Assembly: GCA_021604805.1 (NCBI GenBank)
Contig: BQJR01000002.1
Location: forward strand, 936,391-1,000,390
Origin: Planctomycetota bacterium
GTDB taxonomy: Bacteria; Planctomycetota; B15-G4
Length of the DNA: 64,000 bases
Direction of reading: 5' to 3'
Position 1 is the stretch's first letter; the number at the start of each line of letters is the position of its first letter. The notes under the pieces were generated by a model. The model ran no database searches, had not been told where the DNA came from, and saw only the letters and a program-made list of their open reading frames with translations. The position numbers and the translations under genes are program-made. Shown here piece after piece: positions 37,062 through 46,564 of the stretch.

Positions 37062-39701
37062 ATGGCTCGTCCCAAATCCAGATCTCGCGGACGGAAGGCT
37101 TCCTCGGGAGGCTTTCCAGCGGTGCTGCGCGGGGTCTCGCAGAGCCTCGGGGGCCCCTGGCCGGATTCGATGCGTGAGGTCGCCTCCATCCTTTTGATGG
37201 CGGTCACGATCTTCGTGGGCCTGGCCTGCCTCAGCGCCGGCCGCGGCGACAATCTCTGCGGCCCGGCTGGCGAGGGTCTCGCGAACCTGCTGCTCGGCAC
37301 CTTTGGTTACGCGAGCTGGCTGGCCGTGTTCTGCTTCGGGCTCTGGGCGGCCTTCTTGTTCCTGCGTCGCGAGCAGCACTCGGTGAGCGTGCGCGCCACG
37401 GGTCTGTTGCTCAGCATGGTCTCGCTGAGCGCGCTGCTCACGCACTTCCTCGGCGACGCGCCCGGCCGCTTCCCCGCCGGCGGCATGCTCGGTGAGTCGA
37501 TCAACTACCACCTGCAGGTGAGCCTCGGTTTCGGCGTGGTCGGCACGCGCATCGCGCTGCTCGCCTTCACCGTGATCACCGTGGGGCTGGCCACGGACAT
37601 CGTGTACTACGCGGTGTTGGCCACGGGCCTGCAGCGCGCGGGAGAGCTCAAGACCAAGTTGCGCGACGCTGCCGTCACGCGCGGTGACAAGCCCGGCAAG
37701 TCGGGTAAGGCTGACAAGCCCGACAAGCGCAAGAACAAGCCGAAGCGTGGCGCCGGCAAGCGCGCCGCCGTCGTGGAGGACGAACTCGAAGACGAAGAGC
37801 TCGCCGACGACGAAGAGTGGGAAGACGAAGAAGAACTCGCCGCCGACGAAGGCGCTGACGCCGACGACGCTGAAGACGAAGAGTACGAGGACGACGACGT
37901 CGAGGACGGCGAAGAGCTCGAAGCCGACGACGAAACCGACGAACTCGCCGACGACGAAGAGTGGGAAGACGAGGTCGAGGAAGACGACGACAGCGTCGCC
38001 CCCGAAGACCTCGAAGAAGAAGACTGGGCCGAGGGCGAAGAAGAAGAACCCGAAGACGACGACGAAGCCTTCGAGGACGACATCTCCGGCGACTCCGAGC
38101 TCGAACGCGCCGCGCGCGCCGCGCCGATGGTGCGCCAGTCGGGCGAGGGCCAGCTCGACCTGGGGCTCGACCCCGACGGCCCGCGGCCAGTGCTCAACCG
38201 CGCCAAGGTCAGCGACTACGTCTTCCCGAGCGACGACCTCCTCGACGAGCAAGAAGCCGTCGACCAACGCGAACTCGACGCGCTGCTCGCCGACAAGACC
38301 GAAGTGCTCGAGAGCACGCTCAAGTCCTTCAAGATCGAAGCGCGCGTCGTGGAGATCCAAAAGGGCCCCGTGATCTCGATGTTCGAGATGGAGCTCGCGC
38401 CCGGCATCAAGGTCGAGAAGCTGCGCTCGCTCGAAGACGACCTCGCTATCGCGCTGCGCACGCGCACGGTGCGCATCGTGGCGCCGATCCCCGGCAAGAA
38501 CACGGTCGGCATCGAGGTGCCCAACCCGATCCGCGAGAACGTGCGCCTCAAAGCCTTGCTGCACGTGAAGGAGTTCGACGACGGCAAACAGAGCCTGCCG
38601 ATCTTCCTCGGCCGCGACGCCGCGGGCCGCCCGATGGTCGTCGACCTGGCGAAGATGCCGCACTTGCTCGTGGCCGGCGCCACGGGCTCGGGTAAGTCCG
38701 TCTGCCTCAACACGATCATCTGTTCGTTCTTGTTCACGCGCACGCCCGAGCAGGTGAAGCTCGTGTTGCTCGACCCGAAGATGGTCGAGATGTCGCAGTT
38801 CGAGAACGCGCCGCACCTCGCGTGCCCTGTCGTCAACGACATGAAGCGCGCGCCGGGCATCCTCGAGTGGGCGGTGAACAAGATGGAGGACCGCTACCGG
38901 CTGCTCTCGCGCGCCGGCGTGCGCAACATCCACTCGTTCAACAAGCTCGGCGAGGATCGTCTGCGCGAGAAGTTCGGCGAGATCGTCGACACCGAAGACT
39001 TCCCGCGCTTCTTGCCGTTCATCGTGATCGTGGTCGACGAGCTGGCCGACCTGATGATGGTGGCCGCGAAGGATGTGGAGGCCTCGATCACGCGCTTGGC
39101 GGCCAAGAGTCGCGCCGTGGGCATTCACATCATCCTGGCCACGCAGCGTCCGTCGACCAACGTGATCACCGGTTTGATCAAGGCCAACCTGCCCACGCGC
39201 GTGGCCTTCATGGTGTCGAGCAAGATCGACTCGCGCGTGATCCTCGACGTGAACGGCGCCGAACAGTTGCTCGGTCAGGGCGACATGTTGTTCCTGCCGC
39301 CGAACAGCTCCAATGTCGTGCGCGGTCAGTGCACCTTCATGAGTGAAGACGAAGTGCGTCTCGTGATGGACGCCGTGCGCACCGACCAAGGCCCCGAGTA
39401 CGAGAAGGAACTCGTGCAGCGCCGCGACGAGAACGCGCCCGACCCCAGCGATGTCGACGAGCTCTACGACCCCGCCGCGCGCTTCATCATCGGCACGCAA
39501 CGCGGCAGCGCGTCACTGCTGCAGCGCAAGTTCGCCATCGGCTACACCCGCGCCAGCCGCCTGATCGACCTCATGGCCGAAGAAGGCCTGCTCGGCGAAT
39601 ACAAGGGCAGCCAGGCGCGCGAAGTGCAGATGAGCCTGGAAGAGTGGGTGGGGCTCAACCCCGAGGCGCGCGAGTCGGAAGAAGAGGAACAGGCGTACTG
39701 A
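37062..39701 (+). CDS. ftsK: DNA translocase FtsK/SpoIIIE
   Basis: N-terminal TMs, acidic linker, RIVAPIPGKNTVGIEVPN, MPHLLVAGATGSGKS, VVDELADLM, LATQRPS, and gamma domain LLQRKFAIGYTRASRL. Confidence 0.97.
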   Translation: MARPKSRSRGRKASSGGFPAVLRGVSQSLGGPWPDSMREVASILLMAVTIFVGLACLSAGRGDNLCGPAGEGLANLLLGTFGYASWLAVFCFGLWAAFLFLRREQHSVSVRATGLLLSMVSLSALLTHFLGDAPGRFPAGGMLGESINYHLQVSLGFGVVGTRIALLAFTVITVGLATDIVYYAVLATGLQRAGELKTKLRDAAVTRGDKPGKSGKADKPDKRKNKPKRGAGKRAAVVEDELEDEELADDEEWEDEEELAADEGADADDAEDEEYEDDDVEDGEELEADDETDELADDEEWEDEVEEDDDSVAPEDLEEEDWAEGEEEEPEDDDEAFEDDISGDSELERAARAAPMVRQSGEGQLDLGLDPDGPRPVLNRAKVSDYVFPSDDLLDEQEAVDQRELDALLADKTEVLESTLKSFKIEARVVEIQKGPVISMFEMELAPGIKVEKLRSLEDDLAIALRTRTVRIVAPIPGKNTVGIEVPNPIRENVRLKALLHVKEFDDGKQSLPIFLGRDAAGRPMVVDLAKMPHLLVAGATGSGKSVCLNTIICSFLFTRTPEQVKLVLLDPKMVEMSQFENAPHLACPVVNDMKRAPGILEWAVNKMEDRYRLLSRAGVRNIHSFNKLGEDRLREKFGEIVDTEDFPRFLPFIVIVVDELADLMMVAAKDVEASITRLAAKSRAVGIHIILATQRPSTNVITGLIKANLPTRVAFMVSSKIDSRVILDVNGAEQLLGQGDMLFLPPNSSNVVRGQCTFMSEDEVRLVMDAVRTDQGPEYEKELVQRRDENAPDPSDVDELYDPAARFIIGTQRGSASLLQRKFAIGYTRASRLIDLMAEEGLLGEYKGSQAREVQMSLEEWVGLNPEARESEEEEQAY

Positions 39702-39883
39702 GCGGGCGGCGGCGCGCGGCGCCACGACACGCTGGTCGAGCCGATCCGGCGAGCCCCCTTGCGCGGCGATGGCGCGGCGCTCTGTTCTCCACGTCCGCCC
39801 ACAAAGCTTGCGATTCTGGTTAGGATGGCCGCGCTCGCGAAGTGGGGGCGAGCGTTGAGAGAATCCGCAATGGGAGTCGAAGC

Positions 39884-41092
39884 ATGGTGAGCGTTCGTCG
39901 AGCTGTGGGTGTTTCCGTGTTGAGCGTGAGCCTGCTGGGTGGCGGATTGGAGGCGTGCCTCACGCAGCTGCTCTGCAACCTGTTCAACTGCGAGGAATCT
40001 GAATCCGCTGAAGGAGACGACCCGACCCTCACGGTGCTGATCGAACGCATCGACCTGAAGATCATGCCGCTCGGCGTCGACGACGACGAGAACCCCAAAG
40101 ACGTCACGCTGAAGTCGCGCCGCAAGTTCAAACCGAGCAAGGGCAGCGACGCCGGCCTCGACCGACGCTTCCGCATGCTGGGCAAGACCGACGAGTCGTC
40201 GGCGTGCCTCAGCGGCCACGTCGACTTCACGACACCCGCCAACGCGTCGATGCGCCTAGCCATCGACACGAGCAGTGGCTTGGTGGACGGCGAGTCGCTG
40301 GCCTTCCTCGAGCGTCGCGTCTCCGCACCGGAAGAAGGTGAACCCGGCGTCGTGCGCGTGGAGGCCGTGTGGAACGAGGGCATCAACGGCCTCACCCTGC
40401 GCGCGCGCGTCGACGGGGATCTCATGGGCGACACGGCCGACTACGCCGACACCACTGAGGTCTTCGTGCAGATCGTCCACACAGGCGTGAACTCCTACAC
40501 GGTGGCGGGCGATCTCTACAACTCCTTCGGCGACGGCACCTCGTTGATCAACGGCCTGCCCGCGCCCGCGGGCGGTCATCGCTTCGCGTTCGGCGTGGAG
40601 CAGCTCGGTAAGAAGGGGCGTTTCTGGTTCACCCAACTCGCGGTCGAGGTGAGCACCTCTTACCTCGGTGGGGCGGAAGCCGCGCTCGCTTACTTGGCCG
40701 GCGCGATGATCATCAACGTCGATCTCGCCGAGGTGTTCTTCGGCTTCCCGACCGCGCTCGCCACGAATGTCGACGCGGCCCTCGGGCCCATCGCCTTCTC
40801 AGCGAGCGCACTCTTCTCGGAGCACATGGTCGCGATGGAGAAGGAGCTCTACGAGGAGAGCACCGACCTGAAGAAGCTGCACAAGATCGTCACGAAGGCG
40901 AACCAACGCGGTCTCGCTCTCGGCAAGAAGGCCGACGCCGCCGCGGCGAAGGGCGCGAAGGCCAAGGTGCTCAAAGGCTCCGTGAAGAAGCTCCGCGACG
41001 CGCTCGAAGCGCTGCTCGGCATCACGCACGGTTTCGACACGCTGAGCGCCAAGCGGCTCGGTTTGTCGGTGGAGCTCTACCTGACGGGGTGA
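39884..41092 (+). CDS. hypothetical exported protein/lipoprotein
   Basis: Signal-like N-terminus ending LEAC, coding-like codon usage, Lys-rich helical C-terminus. No family recognised. Confidence 0.65.
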   Translation: MVSVRRAVGVSVLSVSLLGGGLEACLTQLLCNLFNCEESESAEGDDPTLTVLIERIDLKIMPLGVDDDENPKDVTLKSRRKFKPSKGSDAGLDRRFRMLGKTDESSACLSGHVDFTTPANASMRLAIDTSSGLVDGESLAFLERRVSAPEEGEPGVVRVEAVWNEGINGLTLRARVDGDLMGDTADYADTTEVFVQIVHTGVNSYTVAGDLYNSFGDGTSLINGLPAPAGGHRFAFGVEQLGKKGRFWFTQLAVEVSTSYLGGAEAALAYLAGAMIINVDLAEVFFGFPTALATNVDAALGPIAFSASALFSEHMVAMEKELYEESTDLKKLHKIVTKANQRGLALGKKADAAAAKGAKAKVLKGSVKKLRDALEALLGITHGFDTLSAKRLGLSVELYLTG

Positions 41093-41122
41093 GCGCCCTC
41101 GCGGTGCGCGACCCGGAGCCCG

Positions 41123-43951
41123 TCAGCGCGTGGTGAACGCGCGTTCGTGTGCGCGCGCAGCCACGATGCGCGCCACGACTTCGTCGTCGCCCGCATCGCG
41201 TTCGGCGGTTTCCCACAGGCCGAGCGTGTGGTCGATCAGCGGGTGCCCGTTGGCGAGGCGGAAGCTCGACGACTCTTCGAGGATCACGAGCAGGTGTGTG
41301 AGCGAGACGCGGGCTTCGTCGAGCAGGTCGGTGTGGATCTGCATCCAGCCGAGGCGCGCTGCGATCAAGGCCGTCGCGCTGCGCAGCTCTTCGACTTCGG
41401 GCCAGCGTGCGTGCGCGTCGAGCATGCGCGGGAGCATCGGGCGCAGCAGGTCGAGGGCTGAGTAGCGGCGGCCGTCGGCTTCGATGAGCACCGCGAGGTC
41501 GTGCACTTGGGAGGCGAGCGTCGTCATGAGCAAGTGCTCGTCGCCCTCCACGGCGATCACGGCTTCGAGGTCGGCGATGGCGAAGTCGTAGAGCTGCTCG
41601 GACTCGCGCGTTTGCTTCAGGGCCTTGAGCGTGCGTGCCATGCCGCTCAACAAGAACGCGCGCTCTTGGCGCAGGTCGAGCGGGATCGAGTCGGAGTCGT
41701 AGCGCGCTTGCAGATCGCGCTGCACGGCCGCGCCGTAGCGGATCACGTCGACGTACGCGTCTTCGCCGACTTCGCGCGCCAGGCTGCGCTGCCACAGGTG
41801 TCGGCTGAACGAGAACACCGCTTCCATGCGACGCGCGAGCGCGAGGTCGGGATCGAGGTCGGCGCTGGCCGTGTCGGTGATGTCTTCGAGTAGCTCGAAG
41901 GCTTGGTGGAAGCGCGGCGCGGCGGCGTCGACCTCGGCGAGCGGGTTGTCCCAGTCGGCGAGCACGAGGAGCGTGTTGGCCAGGTCGAAGCGCGCCAGCG
42001 GGTCGGCGGAGTGGGCCACGCGTGTGCGCGCGATCTCCAGCGCGCGCAGCAGCCAGGCGAGTTGCGCGTCGCGCTCCTGTTCATCGCCGTGCATCAACTT
42101 GTTGGGGTCGACGCGGCCGAAGGCGCCCATGTACTCGAAGCGTGCCAGCTCGTCGCGTTCCGCCGCGCTCCACTCGCCGCCGTCGGGTGGGCCGGACGCG
42201 AGCAACTCCCGTACGGTCGCCGCGAGCTCTTCGAAGTCTTGCCGGCTCTCGTCGAGACGACCGACCAGGTTCAGCGTGGTCGCCATGTTGCGCACGATGT
42301 CGAGCCGACGCAGCACGAGCTCGCGACTGTCGGCGCGTTGCTCGAGGATCGCCGCGTAGAACTCGAGCGCGTTCTCGCGCAGGCTGCGACGCAACTCGGT
42401 CATGCCCGGCGCGCGATCGAGCACCTCGTTGCTGACTTCCACCAGCAACGTGTCGACGGCTTCGCGCGCGAGGTCGAGGTTGCCTTCGGCGCGGGCGCGC
42501 TCCGTGTTGGCGAGCGTGAGGTTTGCTTCCGCGCGATCGCGTTGGGCGGCGGTCTCGGTGACTTCGTCGCGCAGCTCATCGGCGTGGTTTGCAGTCACGA
42601 GCGCGTAGCCCGTGGGCACACCCACGATCAGCAAGCCGGCGAGCACGAGCGCGGCCGCAACCGCAGGTCGACGCTTGGCCCAGGTCGTGGCGCGATGCGC
42701 GAGCGAGGGCGGGCGCGCGAGCACCGGCTCGCTCTTGAGCAGTCGCTGCAAGTCGGCGGCGAAGGCCTCGGCGCTCGCATAGCGGCGTGCGGGATCGGGG
42801 TCCAGCGCCACCGCGCACACGGCTTCGGTGTCACGGTCGAGCGCGCGGTTCCAGGTGCGCGGCGACGGCGCGCGCGTCTCCAGGATCTGTCGACGCAACG
42901 ACTCGGTGGACTCGGCCACGAAGGGCGTGCGCAGCGTGAGCAACTCGAAGAGCGTGGCGCCCAAGCTGTACACGTCGCTGCGTGGATCGCGGCTGGCGTT
43001 CTCGCTGCGCAGGCGTTCGGCCGGCATGTAGGCGAGCGAGCCGAGCAGTTGCCCGGTGACCGTGAGGCGCGTGCTGCCGTCGCGCACGGCCAGCCCGAAG
43101 TCGAGCAAGCGCACGCGGCCGTCGACACCGAGGATCACATTGCTCGCTTTGATGTCGCGATGCAGCACGCCCTGCGCGTGCGCGTACGCGAGTGCCTCGG
43201 CCACGGTGTGCGCGATGCGCAACGCGGCGCGCACCCAGGTGTCGCCGAAGAGCGCGCTCTCACGTGCGCCAGCACCCACGGCCGAGCGACTCACGCTCGA
43301 GCGACTTGCGCTTGATGCAGTCGCCGCGCCCGCTGCGTCGGGAGTGACCGAGGGCGTGGCGTCCTGCACATCCGCGTTCTCCGTGACGCCCGCGCGCTCG
43401 CGCACCACGCGCTCCAAGTCGGCGCCGCTCAGCGTGCTCGGGTCGCGGCCCTTGAATGCGCGGATCACGTCTTCGAGGGAGGCGCCCTCCACGAACTCCA
43501 TCGAGAGCCAGGGCAAGCCGTTTTCCTCGCCCACCTCGTACAGCGGTACAATCCCGGGATGAGTGAGCGCCGCCACCAGTTCGGCCTCGCGCGCGAAGCG
43601 TTCGCGCGCCCCCGGGAACCACAGTTGCTCAGGACGCACCAACTTGAGCGCCACGCGACGCCCGAGGCGTTGTTGTTCGGCGAGGTGCACCACGCCCATG
43701 CCGCCCTCGCCGAGCCGACGCAGCAGCTTGTAGTCGCCGATGCGTTCGGGCAGCGCGTGCAGCGACGGCGCGCTCTCTTCGGGTTCGGTGAGCAGGCCCA
43801 TGTCGGCCAGGCGGCGCAAGCGTTTGCGGATCGCGTCGGCGTGTTGGGGGTGCGCGTCGCACACGGCGTCCACCGCGGCGTCGCCTTCGCCCTCGCGGCG
43901 CGTGATGCACTCCGCCACCAAGTCGGCCACGAACTCCGACGCGTCGCTCAT
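41123..43951 (-). CDS. Hanks-type Ser/Thr protein kinase with TM, coiled coil and TPR-like C-terminus
   Basis: LGEGGMGVV, VALKLV, HRDIKASN, DFGLA and GSLAYMPAE. AGGAG lies upstream of ATG 43951. Confidence 0.93.
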   Translation of the reverse strand: MSDASEFVADLVAECITRREGEGDAAVDAVCDAHPQHADAIRKRLRRLADMGLLTEPEESAPSLHALPERIGDYKLLRRLGEGGMGVVHLAEQQRLGRRVALKLVRPEQLWFPGARERFAREAELVAALTHPGIVPLYEVGEENGLPWLSMEFVEGASLEDVIRAFKGRDPSTLSGADLERVVRERAGVTENADVQDATPSVTPDAAGAATASSASRSSVSRSAVGAGARESALFGDTWVRAALRIAHTVAEALAYAHAQGVLHRDIKASNVILGVDGRVRLLDFGLAVRDGSTRLTVTGQLLGSLAYMPAERLRSENASRDPRSDVYSLGATLFELLTLRTPFVAESTESLRRQILETRAPSPRTWNRALDRDTEAVCAVALDPDPARRYASAEAFAADLQRLLKSEPVLARPPSLAHRATTWAKRRPAVAAALVLAGLLIVGVPTGYALVTANHADELRDEVTETAAQRDRAEANLTLANTERARAEGNLDLAREAVDTLLVEVSNEVLDRAPGMTELRRSLRENALEFYAAILEQRADSRELVLRRLDIVRNMATTLNLVGRLDESRQDFEELAATVRELLASGPPDGGEWSAAERDELARFEYMGAFGRVDPNKLMHGDEQERDAQLAWLLRALEIARTRVAHSADPLARFDLANTLLVLADWDNPLAEVDAAAPRFHQAFELLEDITDTASADLDPDLALARRMEAVFSFSRHLWQRSLAREVGEDAYVDVIRYGAAVQRDLQARYDSDSIPLDLRQERAFLLSGMARTLKALKQTRESEQLYDFAIADLEAVIAVEGDEHLLMTTLASQVHDLAVLIEADGRRYSALDLLRPMLPRMLDAHARWPEVEELRSATALIAARLGWMQIHTDLLDEARVSLTHLLVILEESSSFRLANGHPLIDHTLGLWETAERDAGDDEVVARIVAARAHERAFTTR

Positions 43952-43968
43952 CCAGCCAGGCTCCTGTG

Positions 43969-44685
43969 ATGCCCCCGAGCGATCCATCCTACTCGCCGAA
44001 GGACGATCCCGCCGCGGACACTGGCGCTGCGGCGGGCCGCGTCGATCCCGCCGAGACTGCGGCGAAGTCGCCGAGCGATGCGGCGCCGACGCCCCGTGAC
44101 ACCGAGTCGGCGTCGTCGGCGGATCTGGTGAGTCGCATCGCGGCCGGCGACGGCGCGGCCATGGAGCAGTTGATCGCGCAGCACTTGCCGCGTCTGCGCG
44201 CCTTCGTGCGGCTGCGACTCGGCCCGCGCCTGGCCGCCAAGGAATCCGCCAGCGACATCGTGCAGTCGGCCTGCCGCGACGTGCTCGGTCGCGCCGACCA
44301 GTTCCAGCACGGCGGCGAGGCCGGCTTCCGCGCCTGGCTCTACAAAGCCGCCACGCGCAAGATCGCCGACCGCGCCGAATACTGGGACGCCCAACGCCGC
44401 GACCCCGCGCGCGAAGCCCCCGGCGGCGACGACGCGCTGCTCAGCGCCTACACCGGCCTCGACACACCCAGCGTGGCCGCGCTCGGTCGCGAAGCGCTCG
44501 ACAACTTCGAACGCGTCTTCGCGCAACTCCCCGAAGACCACCGCGAGGTCATCGTGCTCTCGCGCATCGTGGGGCTCACGCGCGCGCAGATCGCCGCTGA
44601 GATGGGGCGCACCGAAGCCGCCATCCGCAACCTGCTGCCGCGCGCGCTCGCGCGTCTCGCCGACGCGCTCGAGCTCGAGGACTGA
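43969..44685 (+). CDS. ECF-type RNA polymerase sigma factor (kinase-associated)
   Basis: LVSRIAAGDGAAMEQL, ESASDIVQS, FRAWLYKAA and LPEDHREVIVL...IAAEMGRTEAAIRNLLPRA. Confidence 0.9.
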   Translation: MPPSDPSYSPKDDPAADTGAAAGRVDPAETAAKSPSDAAPTPRDTESASSADLVSRIAAGDGAAMEQLIAQHLPRLRAFVRLRLGPRLAAKESASDIVQSACRDVLGRADQFQHGGEAGFRAWLYKAATRKIADRAEYWDAQRRDPAREAPGGDDALLSAYTGLDTPSVAALGREALDNFERVFAQLPEDHREVIVLSRIVGLTRAQIAAEMGRTEAAIRNLLPRALARLADALELED

Positions 44686-44791
44686 ACGCAGGCCGCGCGG
44701 CGCGTTGCCGCGCGCGTCGCAGCAAGCACGCCGCAACGCTGCGCGACCCATGCTCGCCGCTGCGTTGCGAAGGTGCTCGCGAGGCACGTCC

Positions 44792-46555
44792 TCAGTAACC
44801 GAGGATGAGTTCGAGGCCGCCGCTGAACGCCACGCCGCGCGTGGCGCCGGGGTCGATCACCAACACCTGCAGGAAGGCGCTCAGGTGGCACAGTTCGTCG
44901 TCGTCGGGGAGCGCGGGCCACAAAGTGGTGCCGTTCGTCGCGACGGGGAACGACTGGATCTTGAAGGCGTCCACGAGCAGCGTGCCGTCTTTGAACGGGA
45001 TCGCCGCGGGGCTGAAGCCGAGGAACAACCAGGCCTGCGACGGCGCGCCGAGTGAGTTGCCCACGAACAACTGGAAGTTCGAGCCGAGCGTCGGCGGCGT
45101 GATGGCAACGAGGTTCGGGACGCCGAGCGTGCCGGGCCAGCCTTCGCCGTAGAGCGCCGAGTCGGGCGGGCAGCCTTCGCCCAGGTAGAACCATGCGGCG
45201 CCGGCATCGAAGCTGCCGTCGTCGTCGTGGGTGACGCCGACGAGCAGCTCGGCCACGCCGTCGCCGTTGATGTCGCCTCCCGACACGCTCGCGCCGTGAC
45301 GGTCGCCTGCCGTGCTGCTGCCGAACTCCGAGAGCAACGAACCGTCGGCGCCTGAGAACACACGCACGCGCCCGGCGTTGGTGATCGTGAACGGCGCGCC
45401 GAAGTCGAACAGCGGGATGCCGATCGCGTAGTCCTCGATGTCGTCGTGATCCAAGTCACCCACGAAGGCGGCGACTTCGCCGATCGGCGCGCTGGTCTGC
45501 CCGGCGGTGCCGGCGTGGTACTCCCAGTGCTCTTGCGCGAAGTTCACCGGAAGGATCGGCGTGTAGACGTCCACGAGTCCGTAGCCATTGAAGTTCGGAG
45601 TGCCGACCACGATCTGGCGCTCGCCGCTCGGCATCTCGCTTCCCATGCCGACCACGTAGCCCATGCGGATGCCGGCCGACGACCCCGTTCGGAATGTCGT
45701 CTCGAAGGACCCGCTGGCTCCGCTCACGTACATCACGGCGCCGATGTCCTGGTCGATCGCGAGCGTGTGGATGTGCTGACGGTCACTGTTCGGCGCGCCG
45801 ATGACCAAGCGCGCATGACGTGAGTCGAGCGACCAACCGACGTGCTGCAGCATGGCCTCGTAGGTGATGAGTCCGGGAGTCCCCGAGAGCACCGCGCGCG
45901 TGCCGCCCGCGATCTCTTCCACGAGCAGTCCCGTCGCGCCGGAGAAGACGTAGACCTTGCCCTCTTCGTCGAAGCCGCCCGTGCTGCTGTTCACGTCGTA
46001 GAACGGGGCGCCGATGGCGTAGTCGCGATGGTGGTCGAACTCGAGCAGGTTGGAGCCGCCCGCGATCGAGTGCCCGAAGCGTGAGAAGCGTTGCGTGCCG
46101 TAGTGCGTGCGGATCACGCCGCCGGTCGCACCCGAGCGCAGCTGCACGAGGCCTTCGTCGCCGAGCGGGCCGCTGCCGTAGGGCATGCCGACGAGCACGT
46201 CGTCGTGGCCGTCTTGGTCGATGTCGCCGGCGTCGGACACGGCGTAGCCGAAGAGCCCGTCGATCACCGTGCCGTACCAGTTGTAGAGCAGCGCACCCGT
46301 GGCGCCGGAGCGGATCTGCACGCGGCCCATGTCCGGGAGCACGGTGAACAGCGGGAAGAAGATCTCGCGGTCGGCGTCGGGCGAGGCGATGGCGAGGTCG
46401 CGCACGCAGTCGTTGTCGACATCGCCGATGATCTCGGTGACGGTGCCGAGGTGATCGTTCATGTGTTCGCCGTACCACTGCTCGTCGGGAGCTTGGGCGG
46501 CGAGCGGGAGCGTCGCGCAGAGCGACACGGCGAGTACGAAGTTCGAAGCACGCAT
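44792..46555 (-). CDS. secreted integrin-alpha-like FG-GAP repeat protein with C-terminal ~120-aa module
   Basis: Signal peptide, FG...GD[IV]DxDG..D...GAP repeats and xSGATG turns. Confidence 0.88.
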   Translation of the reverse strand: MRASNFVLAVSLCATLPLAAQAPDEQWYGEHMNDHLGTVTEIIGDVDNDCVRDLAIASPDADREIFFPLFTVLPDMGRVQIRSGATGALLYNWYGTVIDGLFGYAVSDAGDIDQDGHDDVLVGMPYGSGPLGDEGLVQLRSGATGGVIRTHYGTQRFSRFGHSIAGGSNLLEFDHHRDYAIGAPFYDVNSSTGGFDEEGKVYVFSGATGLLVEEIAGGTRAVLSGTPGLITYEAMLQHVGWSLDSRHARLVIGAPNSDRQHIHTLAIDQDIGAVMYVSGASGSFETTFRTGSSAGIRMGYVVGMGSEMPSGERQIVVGTPNFNGYGLVDVYTPILPVNFAQEHWEYHAGTAGQTSAPIGEVAAFVGDLDHDDIEDYAIGIPLFDFGAPFTITNAGRVRVFSGADGSLLSEFGSSTAGDRHGASVSGGDINGDGVAELLVGVTHDDDGSFDAGAAWFYLGEGCPPDSALYGEGWPGTLGVPNLVAITPPTLGSNFQLFVGNSLGAPSQAWLFLGFSPAAIPFKDGTLLVDAFKIQSFPVATNGTTLWPALPDDDELCHLSAFLQVLVIDPGATRGVAFSGGLELILGY

Positions 46556-46564
46556 GAGTCGTCC

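Noticed and set aside
36978-39500. N-terminal ~840 aa of the 1193-aa minus-strand ORF
   Set aside because: Mirror of ftsK: the FVV/LFV runs are the reverse complement of the acidic linker. Only 35919..36977 is a credible gene.
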